Shown here: positions 48,708 to 57,913 of the stretch, piece after piece | How the letters are laid out: every line of letters starts with the position of its first letter | Position numbering within the stretch: position 1 is the stretch's first letter | Source of the DNA: an uncultured Candidatus Saccharibacteria bacterium | GTDB lineage: Bacteria > Patescibacteriota > 4484-211 > JAGQKX01 | Length of the DNA stretch: 64,000 nucleotides | NCBI GenBank assembly: GCA_964392315.1 | Contig: CAYMOT010000002.1 | Location: 41,234-105,233 of the forward strand | Reading direction: 5' to 3' | The notes under the pieces: generated by a model | Databases searched by the model: none | What the model was told of the DNA's origin: nothing | Seen by the model: the letters and a program-made list of their open reading frames with translations, nothing else | Made by a program: the position numbers and the translations under genes

Positions 48708-48860
48708 AAAAATAAAAACCACCTTTGTGTATCGGAGCCCTCGCGGTTCCATCCGATTAGGTGGCTTACTTGTCCCGTTTCGCACGGTGCGTGCAGCTTT
48801 GAGGTTGGTGAGGTCTCATGCAAATGCTGCAATTAACTTAGGCTAAGTATAGAGTAATTA
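48708..48860 (-). promoter_or_regulatory. structured 5' leader of thrS with T-box-like motif and intrinsic terminator/attenuator
   Basis: Minus-strand reading: AUCGGA-UGGAACCGCG-AGGGC-UCCGAU nested in CCACCU...AGGUGG, then UUUUUAUUUUU immediately before the AUG. UGGAACCGCG matches the T-box core (GGGUGGNACCGCG). Confidence 0.35.
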
Positions 48861-48988
48861 ACCAAATATGCAAATAAGCAAATAAATATTGTGTGATATG
48901 CTGTCTTTTGTAATTCAACAGTTATAACTTCAGAGATCGCATTTGCATTGATTGAAAACCGATCCCCTACCCTGTACAATTTCTGTAC

Positions 48989-50380
48989 ATGCTAAGTCCT
49001 CATATATTTCGTTCGTATGATATTCGTGGAGTAGTTGGAGAAGATTTCCCTCCGGGTAGCGTTTCCGATATTGGCCGCGCGTACGGGACGTTTTTGATCC
49101 GCAAGGGTACGTATGATGCGCTGGTTGGCCATGATACTCGAGAATCATCCCCAGAATTTGCAGAGTCTTTTATAAAAGGTCTTCTTTCAACGGGCGTGAG
49201 TGTTCATTATATTGGCCATTGCCTTACGCAGGGCTTGTATTATGCGCGGCATCATTATGACATTGATGGTGGAGCGATGATTACCGCATCACACAACCCC
49301 TCTCAGTATAACGGATTCAAGCTCTGCCATGGTCTCAAGGCATTATCGGAAGAAGAACTCAAGTCATTGCATACGCTTGTGGAAAACGGAGATTTTGAGC
49401 GTGGAGAAGGAAAATTCCATTTAACAAAAACAGCAATGGATGAATATATGCGGGCGGTGAAGCACCGTATAACGCTTAAGCGTCCTCTGAAAGTAGTAGT
49501 AGATTTAGGAAATGGCACCGGAGGACTTTTCGTACCGCGTTTACTACGTATGCTTGGATGCGAGGTGCATACATTGTTTGCAGACGTTGATCCCACCTTC
49601 CCTAATCACATTCCAGACCCGGTCAAGTTAGATAACCATACTGCTATTATTGATGAAGTCAAAAGGCTTAACGCAGATATTGGCATCATGATTGATGGCG
49701 ATGGCGATCGGGTCGGAACAGTCGATGACAAAGGCAATGTATGGCTCGGGGATATGGTGTTAATTGCGCTGATGCGGAAAATGCTGCCCGATAATCCCGG
49801 TCGCAAGGTAATCGTTGAAGTAAAAAATACCGAAGCAGTCATAGAAGAATGTGAACGGCTTGGTGGTGTTCCGGTATTCTGGAAAACAGGCCATGCGCTC
49901 ATTGACCCCAAAGTAGCAGAAGAAGATGCGATCTTGGCAGCTGAAATGAGCTGCCATTACTGGGTAACGCCCAATTGGTATGTATTTGACGATGGACTTT
50001 TTGCCATTTGCACTTTACTTCAATTATTATCAGAACAAGATAAGTCGTATTCACAAATAATGGCAGACATTCCACAATATCCGGTAACACCTGAATATCG
50101 GGTGTCATGCCCAGAAGATCGGAAAACCGCTATAGTAGAAAGCGCAAAAAAGTATTTTATGGAAAAATGCACCAAAGTTATCGATGTAGACGGTATACGG
50201 GGTTACTACGACGATGGATGGTTTCTTATTCGACAATCTAACACTCAACCGGTGATTGCTGTTCGCGTTGAGGCAAAAACTCCCGATGGTCTTGAGCGCG
50301 TGAAGTCATTTGTTCAGGAGCACCTCAACAGCTACCCTGAAATAAATCTAGACTGGGAGCGGCAGTACGACGCGGAGTAA
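48989..50380 (+). CDS. phosphohexomutase (phosphoglucomutase/phosphomannomutase or GlmM-like)
   Basis: Active-site loop ITASHNPSQYNGFK, the metal-binding MIDGDGDRVGTVD, and a sugar-binding GEMSCHY. 463 aa. Confidence 0.85.
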   Translation: MLSPHIFRSYDIRGVVGEDFPPGSVSDIGRAYGTFLIRKGTYDALVGHDTRESSPEFAESFIKGLLSTGVSVHYIGHCLTQGLYYARHHYDIDGGAMITASHNPSQYNGFKLCHGLKALSEEELKSLHTLVENGDFERGEGKFHLTKTAMDEYMRAVKHRITLKRPLKVVVDLGNGTGGLFVPRLLRMLGCEVHTLFADVDPTFPNHIPDPVKLDNHTAIIDEVKRLNADIGIMIDGDGDRVGTVDDKGNVWLGDMVLIALMRKMLPDNPGRKVIVEVKNTEAVIEECERLGGVPVFWKTGHALIDPKVAEEDAILAAEMSCHYWVTPNWYVFDDGLFAICTLLQLLSEQDKSYSQIMADIPQYPVTPEYRVSCPEDRKTAIVESAKKYFMEKCTKVIDVDGIRGYYDDGWFLIRQSNTQPVIAVRVEAKTPDGLERVKSFVQEHLNSYPEINLDWERQYDAE

Positions 50381-50469
50381 ATTATAAGCGAATAATCTAA
50401 TAAACAAATATTCGAATAGACTAATGTCATCAATTTGTTAATTCGTGTATTAAATTATTTGTATAGTTG

Positions 50470-50796
50470 TTATTTAATTATCTGCCACGCAATCAGAGCT
50501 TCCAAGATCCACGGAATGATACCAAGGAGCAGTAAAACCATTCCCAGAAACCGACGCTTGTCAGCTTCTTTATATTTTTTCTTCTGAAGTGGATCAAAGG
50601 CTGGATTGTATGGTCCGATTTCTTTGGCGTTAATTTTTGGAGGCTTGTGACGGAGGGTCAATATTATTGCTATGATAATCAGCACACTGCCAATGACCAA
50701 ATACGCAGGTCGTATCAGGATATATACCTCAGTAATAACTGCGAGTGTTCGGGTTATTGCCTGTGCTGCAGCATCAGCAGGAGCGTTGAGAAACAT
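50470..50796 (-). CDS. hypothetical small membrane protein (2 TM)
   Basis: 108 aa with two hydrophobic helices flanking a Lys-rich loop. No family recognised. Confidence 0.4.
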   Translation of the reverse strand: MFLNAPADAAAQAITRTLAVITEVYILIRPAYLVIGSVLIIIAIILTLRHKPPKINAKEIGPYNPAFDPLQKKKYKEADKRRFLGMVLLLLGIIPWILEALIAWQIIK

Positions 50797-50854
50797 ATCA
50801 TTATTATACCCTCATGAGATACAGACAGGAGTGTGATATAACCTGTGTATACGT

Positions 50855-51364
50855 ATGATTAATGAATCGCGTACTGGTATAACTCGGCTTCAAATTATTC
50901 TTGTAGTACTTCTCACGATTTTTTATTTTTGCTACATGCTTATTCCCAATCCGGACCAGATGACCGAGGTACGTGGTGTGTATTACGGGTCGTATGTTTG
51001 GCCTGTTGGAATTTTTTTGTTTCGATTGCTGGGTAGTTTCGGTTGGGTACTCTTTGGAACAGGTATGGCAATCTGGTTTTGGTATTCGCTGCCTATTTAT
51101 ATTTTGTTGCAAGAAATTCTTAATATACAAATTCCCTTCACCGCCTCCCCTACCCTCAATGGTGAATACCCTCTGGCTTGGTGGGGCTGGTTATTGATGG
51201 GCTTTTTAGTTGTTCTGTACAATTTTTTATTGACATTAGCGATACCACACCTCAAGTCTGTCTTTCGTTTTTTCTTTAAAAGTGCCGAACATATGAGCTT
51301 AAAACAGTCTGATGATGTGCTTGGTTCAAAAGATATGAAACAACGTGGATTTCAAGAGAGCTAA
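50855..51364 (+). CDS. hypothetical polytopic membrane protein (4 TM, Trp-rich)
   Basis: 169-aa ORF transcribed divergently from the previous gene. No family recognised. Confidence 0.45.
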   Translation: MINESRTGITRLQIILVVLLTIFYFCYMLIPNPDQMTEVRGVYYGSYVWPVGIFLFRLLGSFGWVLFGTGMAIWFWYSLPIYILLQEILNIQIPFTASPTLNGEYPLAWWGWLLMGFLVVLYNFLLTLAIPHLKSVFRFFFKSAEHMSLKQSDDVLGSKDMKQRGFQES

Positions 51365-51370
51365 TACGTT

Positions 51371-51775
51371 ATGGATATTCCGGTATACATTGATAATTCA
51401 GAAACATTACAGATTCGTGGTGTACACGCTTCTCGACGAATACACAAAGGTGAGCTTATAGAAAGTTGTCCGATTATTCCGTTGCGGGAAGAGGACACAG
51501 CTCATATCGACGAAACAGTACTAACGAAGTACTACTTTGGGTGGAAAGATGAAACAAATTGTATTGTCTTGGGGTATGGGAGTTTATACAACCATTCAGA
51601 TAATCCGAATGCAGAGTACCGGAGAAATTTCGCTGACCATGTTCTAGAATTTTATGCACTTCGTGATATCCGGGAGGAAGAGGAAATCACGATCAAGTAC
51701 AATCAGGGCGATAGAGAATTACTACCCAAAGATGACGAACATTTGGATTTTAATAGCGATATTAACGTAGATTAG
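51371..51775 (+). CDS. SET-domain protein (putative protein-lysine methyltransferase)
   Basis: GYGSLYNHSDNPNAEY (NHSxxPN motif) and EEITIKY (ELxFDY-like post-SET Tyr), in a 134-aa minimal SET fold. Confidence 0.65.
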   Translation: MDIPVYIDNSETLQIRGVHASRRIHKGELIESCPIIPLREEDTAHIDETVLTKYYFGWKDETNCIVLGYGSLYNHSDNPNAEYRRNFADHVLEFYALRDIREEEEITIKYNQGDRELLPKDDEHLDFNSDINVD

Positions 51776-53067
51776 GATTCTTGAATTTCGGCGCCCAACA
51801 TTCTTAAATTCCCCAGAAAATTCGGATGAGCCCTGTAGATGCTATCTATGTTCTTGAGTTTTGAAGTACCATTAGCTGCCATTGCGGCCATCATAAGAGC
51901 AACCGTTGCTCGTATGATGGGAGGACACTGAATAGTCGCTCCTTTTAGTTCGGTAGGGCCAAGAACAATGATTCTGTGTGGGTCGGCCATCTCAATTTTT
52001 GCATTCATTTTTACTAATTCGCTAATCCAAAAGAGTGCAGCCTCGTAGACTTTATTCCAAAACCGTATGGGACCGTTCGTTTTGAGTGAAAGAGCAACCA
52101 TAAGCGGCAAGATGTCTGCAGGAAAATATGGCCATGGAGCAGCCTCTATGCGTGGAATGTAGTTTGTCGTAAATGGTTTTTCTGGCTCGAAGCTCTGATT
52201 TTTACGAACAATCGCAGTGTCACCCTCATATTCAATATTGACGCCTAGTTTTTTAAATTCATGCACAATTAGCGGAAAATGATGAGGAATTGCATTGGTC
52301 ACTCGAATTTCTCCATGTGTCATTGCACCTAGTGCAAGAAATGTTGCAATCTCCTGATGGTCTGATGAAACAGTACCTTCTCCCCCAGTGAGCTTTTCAA
52401 CACCTTCAATGACGAGCTTAGAAGAACCAATTCCTTCGATCTTTGCACCAACTGAATTGAGAAACACACAGAGATCTTGCACATGGGGCTCAGCAGCTGC
52501 GTTCATTAAGGTGGTTGTTCCCTTTGCTAAAACAGCAGCCATAATAACATTTTCAGTACCCGTGACACTCGCATAGTTAGGCCATAAGTCAGTTCCACGC
52601 ATACCGTTAGTTGCATCAAATATGATTTTGCCGTCATCCTCCTGTATATCTGCAGCCATGCTGCGTAGCATCGGAACGTGTGGATCAAGTTCTCGTATTC
52701 CAAGCGCACATCCCCCGACATTATTATTGATAACCACTTTTCCAAATCGGTGCATCATTGGCGCAAATAACAAAATGCTTGCGCGCATATCGATAGGTAT
52801 ACCAGTCTTCTCAAAACTTTCGAGGCTGAGGTTTTTATTAGAGATAGAGAGTGTTTTTTGTTTTTTGCTCCACGATACGGAGCCACCCAATGACCGTATC
52901 AAGCTTACGATCTTTTTTACGTCTTCAATTTCGGGGACATTATTGATTTTGACTGGTTCGTCGATCATGATCGTTGAACACAGCATTGGTAAAATCGCGT
53001 TCTTATTGCCAGAGGGGGTTATAGTTCCGTTGAGTTGTGCACCACCAGTGATGAGAAGGTCAGACAT
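51772..53067 (-). CDS. murA: UDP-N-acetylglucosamine 1-carboxyvinyltransferase
   Basis: MSDLLITGGAQLNGTITPSGNKNAILPML N-terminus of the EPT family, 431 aa. Overlaps the SET gene by 4 nt, convergently. Confidence 0.92.
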   Translation of the reverse strand: MSDLLITGGAQLNGTITPSGNKNAILPMLCSTIMIDEPVKINNVPEIEDVKKIVSLIRSLGGSVSWSKKQKTLSISNKNLSLESFEKTGIPIDMRASILLFAPMMHRFGKVVINNNVGGCALGIRELDPHVPMLRSMAADIQEDDGKIIFDATNGMRGTDLWPNYASVTGTENVIMAAVLAKGTTTLMNAAAEPHVQDLCVFLNSVGAKIEGIGSSKLVIEGVEKLTGGEGTVSSDHQEIATFLALGAMTHGEIRVTNAIPHHFPLIVHEFKKLGVNIEYEGDTAIVRKNQSFEPEKPFTTNYIPRIEAAPWPYFPADILPLMVALSLKTNGPIRFWNKVYEAALFWISELVKMNAKIEMADPHRIIVLGPTELKGATIQCPPIIRATVALMMAAMAANGTSKLKNIDSIYRAHPNFLGNLRMLGAEIQES

Positions 53068-53150
53068 AAAGATTAATTAATAAATAATATAAATATTCAA
53101 ATAAACAAATATGCAAAGTGTTAGCTCTGATTGTAGTCCATATTTGGCTA

Positions 53151-53945
53151 TTAATTCAACTTGATGGGTTCGGCGATATTCCAAAGGAGTTCAAAAATCG
53201 ACTTTTGTGTTTTTACAAATTCCGCGTTATCAATCTCTACTCCCACAATTTCTCCCTTTTTCCAATACAAGACTGCGAACGTGTCATTATAAATTGCGGT
53301 ATCGCCCGACACATAAAGTTTACTCATGGGGAGTGTTCGGATATTAACATCAGTGATATGGTGCCATTTTGGCATGATATATTTTTCGATTGTTGCGAGT
53401 ATGTCTTTAGTAGGGTTGGTAATAACTCTATCAACTAACCCCAAATTTCGAAATTCTTCGGCATATCTCTTTTCAAACTGCATGCCGACGATTTCTACGC
53501 GTCCAAATACCGAATAACCTACGACGTCTTTTTCAGCCTTGAGTGAGTTCCACATCATTTGCTGCATACCTTCCTTGCTGCGATAGTAGCGGACTTCTGT
53601 GGCACCTACTACACCAGCAAACTTCGTAATATTTTTTTCGATCGTTTTGAATGATGACTCTAATAACTCCAGCTCACTCTTTTTTCGGTCAAGAATAAGC
53701 TTGAGCATTTCGATGGGGTACGCTTTTATTTTCTGGCTTTTAAAAGTAACTACTTTTTCTAATAATCCTTTTTCAATGAGTCGCTGCGCGTTGTCATAAA
53801 TTGACGTGCGGGGAATTGCCAATTGCCTCGAAAGATCGAGCATTGTTTGTGGTGGATTATTTAAAAGATGTAGGTAGATTTTTGTTTCGACTTCGTTAAG
53901 TCCGAATGCAGTGAGTTCTTTGGAAAGATCAAATGAGCCAGGCAT
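53151..53945 (-). CDS. TrmB-family transcriptional regulator (wHTH plus C-terminal TrmB-type domain)
   Basis: LNEVETKIYLHLLNNPPQTMLDLSRQLAIPRTSIYDNAQRLIEKGLLEKV winged-helix region. I chose the ATG at 53945. Confidence 0.6.
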   Translation of the reverse strand: MPGSFDLSKELTAFGLNEVETKIYLHLLNNPPQTMLDLSRQLAIPRTSIYDNAQRLIEKGLLEKVVTFKSQKIKAYPIEMLKLILDRKKSELELLESSFKTIEKNITKFAGVVGATEVRYYRSKEGMQQMMWNSLKAEKDVVGYSVFGRVEIVGMQFEKRYAEEFRNLGLVDRVITNPTKDILATIEKYIMPKWHHITDVNIRTLPMSKLYVSGDTAIYNDTFAVLYWKKGEIVGVEIDNAEFVKTQKSIFELLWNIAEPIKLN

Positions 53946-54030
53946 GATAGTAGTTATTTTACAATTCCTAGATGTCGGACACAACCGACGACAAGTATGC
54001 TACTATAGGTTACTTAGATAAAATGCATTT

Positions 54031-54930
54031 ATGTTCAGTACTCATACTATACGAAAAGGTGGGATATATCTCATTTTATCGGCGTTATGTTACAGCATAA
54101 TGCCGCTTCTTATTCGCACCCTTAATGATGCGGTTCCGCCATTTACGCAAGTTTTTCTTCGGTTAATGGTGGCTTTTTTCGTAGCATGTTTCTATCACAA
54201 AGCATTTTCGAAAAAGAAAATTAAAGCGAAAAAAAGCCTAAGAGAAGTGATCTCAGTGGGTCTCCTCGGAGTTATAGGATATGCGGGGTCAAGCATACTT
54301 TTTACGTATGCGGTGCTTAATGCATCGGTGAGTACCGTATTGTTCACGTTTTATACCTTTCCGTTCATTGTGCCGTTATTGGAATTTCTCGTGGCACGGT
54401 CACCAGTAAAAACAAGAGACATCTTTAGCCTTGCACTTGCCGGGGTCGGACTCTTGTGTATTTTATACCCGACGAGCGGTAATGGCTGGCAGTTAGGAAT
54501 AGTATTTGCGTTGGGTGCTGCGGTAACACAGGCATATTACCTTATTGGACGACGTGCGGTTCTTTCGTATACATCATCTGAACTCATGGTGGTTAACACT
54601 TTTTTGGGGTGGTTAAGTGCAGGCCTAGTGGCACTTATAACTGAACGCAATTTTTACCACGTACACGCACTTGCTCATCTTACCCTGCAGACGTATGTTG
54701 TAATAATTGTATTCGGCATCATTAACTTCCTGGGTTGGTTTCTTCTGAACAAAGGGTTCGAAAACATATCAGCGACACAAGGAGCGGTTATCTTGCTATC
54801 AGAACTAGTATTTGGTGTGATTATTGCACTGGTGTTTTTAAATGAAATTCCATCAGTACTTACTGTAGTAGGTGGTGTAAGTATTCTTTGCGCAAATGTA
54901 TATATTCTTCGGGATAAGACGGGCGGTTAG
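54031..54930 (+). CDS. EamA/DMT-superfamily transporter (10 TM)
   Basis: Two EamA-like 5-TM repeats, 299 aa. Confidence 0.65.
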   Translation: MFSTHTIRKGGIYLILSALCYSIMPLLIRTLNDAVPPFTQVFLRLMVAFFVACFYHKAFSKKKIKAKKSLREVISVGLLGVIGYAGSSILFTYAVLNASVSTVLFTFYTFPFIVPLLEFLVARSPVKTRDIFSLALAGVGLLCILYPTSGNGWQLGIVFALGAAVTQAYYLIGRRAVLSYTSSELMVVNTFLGWLSAGLVALITERNFYHVHALAHLTLQTYVVIIVFGIINFLGWFLLNKGFENISATQGAVILLSELVFGVIIALVFLNEIPSVLTVVGGVSILCANVYILRDKTGG

Positions 54931-55343
54931 TGTGCCGTTTTTCTTCGGAGATACTGCTCCAAGCTGGGTAATACATTGTAGTGGGCCAGTTCAGCGAGTG
55001 TGACCCATTTGTATTGGGTATGCTTTGGGTCCAGTTTGAGTGATGTTTCGGTTGTAGTTGCTTCATAGATGACGATTGTCTCACTGTGTCCGTCGGGTAA
55101 GGTGATAGTGAACTCGCCTGCGTTTTTCTCAATGTGCAGAGGTATCTTATATTGGGCCGAAATAACACCCTCTATCTCTTCAAATGTAGGTGTCCCCTCT
55201 CCTTCATCAGCAAGAGCCGTTGGTATTCCCCAGAAATGTGGAAAATACGCGTTGAGGTCTGAACGCTGTAAAATTAAAACTTGCCCATCATTCTGTAAGA
55301 GCACCTTGTGTAGTCGTTTTGGGGGTGTTATCTTTTGCTCCAT
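54927..55343 (-). CDS. Nudix-like hydrolase (degenerate Nudix box)
   Basis: VLLQNDGQVLILQRSD...WGIPTALADEGEGTPTFEEIEGV resembles the Nudix fold, but the REx2EE box is degenerate. 138 aa. Confidence 0.4.
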   Translation of the reverse strand: MEQKITPPKRLHKVLLQNDGQVLILQRSDLNAYFPHFWGIPTALADEGEGTPTFEEIEGVISAQYKIPLHIEKNAGEFTITLPDGHSETIVIYEATTTETSLKLDPKHTQYKWVTLAELAHYNVLPSLEQYLRRKTAH

Positions 55344-55490
55344 AGGCTTTATTATAGCACTAAACTTAGCACTGTTGGGTCATTTCTCGTGGTGGATTCG
55401 ACTATTTGTATAAAAAGCCATTCTTTCTTACGTAAAAACTGCATATAAATCTCGTTATGAATAAAAGAAATATAAGGACTTTCATATTTC

Positions 55491-55568
55491 TGGTGGGTGA
55501 TACAAGATTCGAACTTGTGACCTCCACCGTGTCGAGGTGGCGCTCTAACCAACTGAGCTAATCACCCA
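55491..55568 (-). tRNA. tRNA-Val (anticodon GAC) with encoded CCA
   Basis: The reverse complement folds as a cloverleaf: acceptor GGGTGAT/ATCACCC, D-arm GCTC-AGTTGGTTA-GAGC, anticodon arm CCACC-TCGACAC-GGTGG (GAC in the centre; position 33 is C, which is unusual), T-arm ACAAG-TTCGAAT-CTTGT, then ACCA. Confidence 0.8.
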
Positions 55569-55619
55569 GGAAGAATAAGCAAATACTACAAATAAACTTG
55601 CCTACCTACGCAGGCAGGT

Positions 55620-56732
55620 CTATTTGCTTATTTCATTCTTGGGCATGTTCCATTCTACCAATTGCCTGATTACCTTGTCACGGCGCATCAGGTATCGCAA
55701 GTGTTCTTTTCGGTCGGGGTCATTGAACAGCTGTTTTGCATTTGGTTCCTTGCTTGCATCAATTTCAGCTTTTACTTCTTCATCAGAAACGCTTATATTT
55801 TCAAGTTCTGCAATCTTTGCCGTTATAAACTCTATAGTATATTCGTGTTCCAGGTCATCTTTCCATTGCTTTTTTAATTCCTCCACTGTAGTTTGCTGTT
55901 TCTTTGAGTAACCTTCTAGGTCTAATCCCATTTTTTCTAGCTCTTCAGTCTTATGTTTCTCCTGGTGCTCTAAATCGTGTTGAATGAGCTTTTTTGGAAG
56001 TGATAAATTAGTCTTTTCTTTCAGTGCATTTAAAACTTCTTGGGTAAATTTATTACCGGATATATAAAAACGCTCGAGGGTTAAATTAGCTTGTAATCGT
56101 TGTGTAAGATCATCGAGATTTTCAGCCCCTAGTGTAATTGCCCATTCGTCATCTGGCTTGTCTTTAGTGTTTGCTAGAGGGGCTTGTTTTTTATGACTGG
56201 TGGCTTTGTCGTTTGCTTCTTCCAAAGTCGTTGCAGTCTCGATTTTCGTGCCTTCTTCCTTAGTGCGCTCTTTCCACGTAGCAAAAAGCTCATCTAATGC
56301 TTTTTGTGTATCTTCGGGCGTGATTGTGGGCTCTTCGTATGTAACGCCGAGGCTTTTATAATCAGGAAGTTCAGGCTCTGGTCGCACTGTTACCACAAAG
56401 ACGAATTCAGGATTTCCCTCCCCTTTCATGAGTGCTTCTTCATTATTAATTTTTATCTGAGGCTGTATAAGAGGAAATATTTTCTCGTCTTGCAATATCT
56501 TCCGGTATGCACCCTCCACTAATTGCTCCAAAGTCTCCTGAAATAATCGGTACTCCCCTACTCTTTTTCTGATTTCATTCACCGGTGCCTTGCCTGGCCG
56601 AAATCCGGGTATATTGATATCACGACCAAGGAGTTCTAACGCAAGGGTTTGAGCAATTTTCGTATCACTTGCGTCGGTCGTTACCGTGAATTCTATCTCG
56701 CAATCAGGTAAGTCTTTTCTGGTGATGTTCAT
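55620..56732 (-). CDS. tig: trigger factor (ribosome-binding and chaperone domains; short)
   Basis: N-terminal ribosome-binding domain with the GFRPGKAP signature loop. 370 aa, which is short, so the PPIase domain may be reduced. Confidence 0.85.
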   Translation of the reverse strand: MNITRKDLPDCEIEFTVTTDASDTKIAQTLALELLGRDINIPGFRPGKAPVNEIRKRVGEYRLFQETLEQLVEGAYRKILQDEKIFPLIQPQIKINNEEALMKGEGNPEFVFVVTVRPEPELPDYKSLGVTYEEPTITPEDTQKALDELFATWKERTKEEGTKIETATTLEEANDKATSHKKQAPLANTKDKPDDEWAITLGAENLDDLTQRLQANLTLERFYISGNKFTQEVLNALKEKTNLSLPKKLIQHDLEHQEKHKTEELEKMGLDLEGYSKKQQTTVEELKKQWKDDLEHEYTIEFITAKIAELENISVSDEEVKAEIDASKEPNAKQLFNDPDRKEHLRYLMRRDKVIRQLVEWNMPKNEISK

Positions 56733-57304
56733 ACAGGCCTCATTATAAGTGCATTTTGCAAATCCGCCAACTAGCGGAGCATATAAAGAAATATCTAAAA
56801 ATGCTATAGGTGTTGTGCAATTGTGATTAGTAAAAAATGACGTTATAATCCGTCAAAATAATGCTGCACATTAAAAGTGGAGGCAGTTTGGGACTTGAAG
56901 GGTGGGTATAAGAAGTCTCTTTTCGGACTTTTTGTATCCCCCCTTCGTTTTTTAACCCCAAATTCCTCCGAAAACTGTTCCCAACAGATCGACAAATCCT
57001 ACAAACTCACGCTGTCCCCCGAGTTTAATGGATACAAGTCCTTACCGTTTCCTCTTTGGTCAAATTCCAATCATTCCCCTTTTAAATACATTGTGCCATC
57101 ACACAATGTATTTCCTCGCTTTATTCCCCTCCCAGGCTTGAGGAAGCCTCCCCATGGTAAGGCATATATTCAAGCTCCTCCTCCCCGGAGGAGTGAAGCA
57201 CACAGCTGATGCGGCTGTGTGTACCTAGAATGTGCTCAAAAGACGAAAGCCCTAAGAGAGCATGTTCTGTTTATTGGCTAGGGCACTATGTAAGAAGGAG
57301 ATTG

Positions 57305-57814
57305 ATGATTCCCCTAGAGCAAAGGGTACGTAATCCCGTAAAGATCGATGTCCCCGGTCTTTGTGTACGCACGCTTGTGGATGAGGTGTTTTGCAGGCGT
57401 GGTGTTTTCGTAGTCCCCTTTCGACGAGGGGATTTCATTCCAGAGAGAGGGGATCTCGTTGCAGAGATTTTGATTATCAATGACCAGAGTGTTCCGATTC
57501 CTTTGGTCTGCCTTCGGGTAAAAAGAGAAGGCAATAGGTACTGGTTCGGGCGGATCTTTCGATTGGTCGATTTTTCCGAAAAGGTTCGTCGAGAAGATGA
57601 GCAAGTTCGGTTGGTCGATGAACAAGGTCGAGAGATTCCTAACACTCCAGAAGATCGGCTCGCTCACATTCTGCGAATGCGTGTCCTTCCTCGGAATGAC
57701 GCACAAAAGAAGCAGTGGGCGTATTGGGGTGATGAATATTGGGTAGCTGCTATCTTCAGCGAACTTCGTCGCCTTAAGGTGCAGGCTGTTCGTGCGGTAG
57801 CCTCGAGGAGGTAG
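57305..57814 (+). CDS. hypothetical protein (Arg-rich), GC-rich region
   Basis: RBS AAGGAG 4 nt before the ATG. 169 aa. No family recognised. Confidence 0.45.
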   Translation: MIPLEQRVRNPVKIDVPGLCVRTLVDEVFCRRGVFVVPFRRGDFIPERGDLVAEILIINDQSVPIPLVCLRVKREGNRYWFGRIFRLVDFSEKVRREDEQVRLVDEQGREIPNTPEDRLAHILRMRVLPRNDAQKKQWAYWGDEYWVAAIFSELRRLKVQAVRAVASRR

Positions 57815-57816
57815 CC

Positions 57817-57912
57817 ATGAGTGCGTTTGGCCGGCTTCTATTGGTCTACTTTGCCTTAATGTGCTTGCTTATGGCGGGGATATTTATGCTCGCCAACATC
57901 CTTGGAGGATGA
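57817..57912 (+). CDS. 31-aa hydrophobic micro-protein (MSAFGRLLLVYFALMCLLMAGIFMLANILGG)
   Basis: GGAGG RBS 5 nt upstream. Its stop overlaps the RBS of the next gene. Not in the ORF track because it is under 60 aa. Confidence 0.35.
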   Translation: MSAFGRLLLVYFALMCLLMAGIFMLANILGG

Positions 57913-57913
57913 C

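Noticed and set aside
48740-48760. Plus-strand T-box-like string GATTAGGTGGCTTAC upstream of the phosphohexomutase gene
   Set aside because: The resemblance is weaker than for the minus-strand reading. Phosphohexomutase is not a known T-box target. The minus-strand interpretation (thrS leader) fits position and terminator context better.
1-56800. Possibility of UGA (or other) stop-codon reassignment as in some CPR lineages
   Set aside because: All long housekeeping genes (gyrA, gyrB, pheT, thrS, recG, PBP1A) translate end-to-end with standard stops and expected lengths. No in-frame TGA read-through is needed.
56877-57209. 110-aa ORF in the junction region (GTG start)
   Set aside because: No RBS, a Pro/Ser-rich low-complexity product, and the region is dominated by inverted repeats. 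Treated as non-coding.
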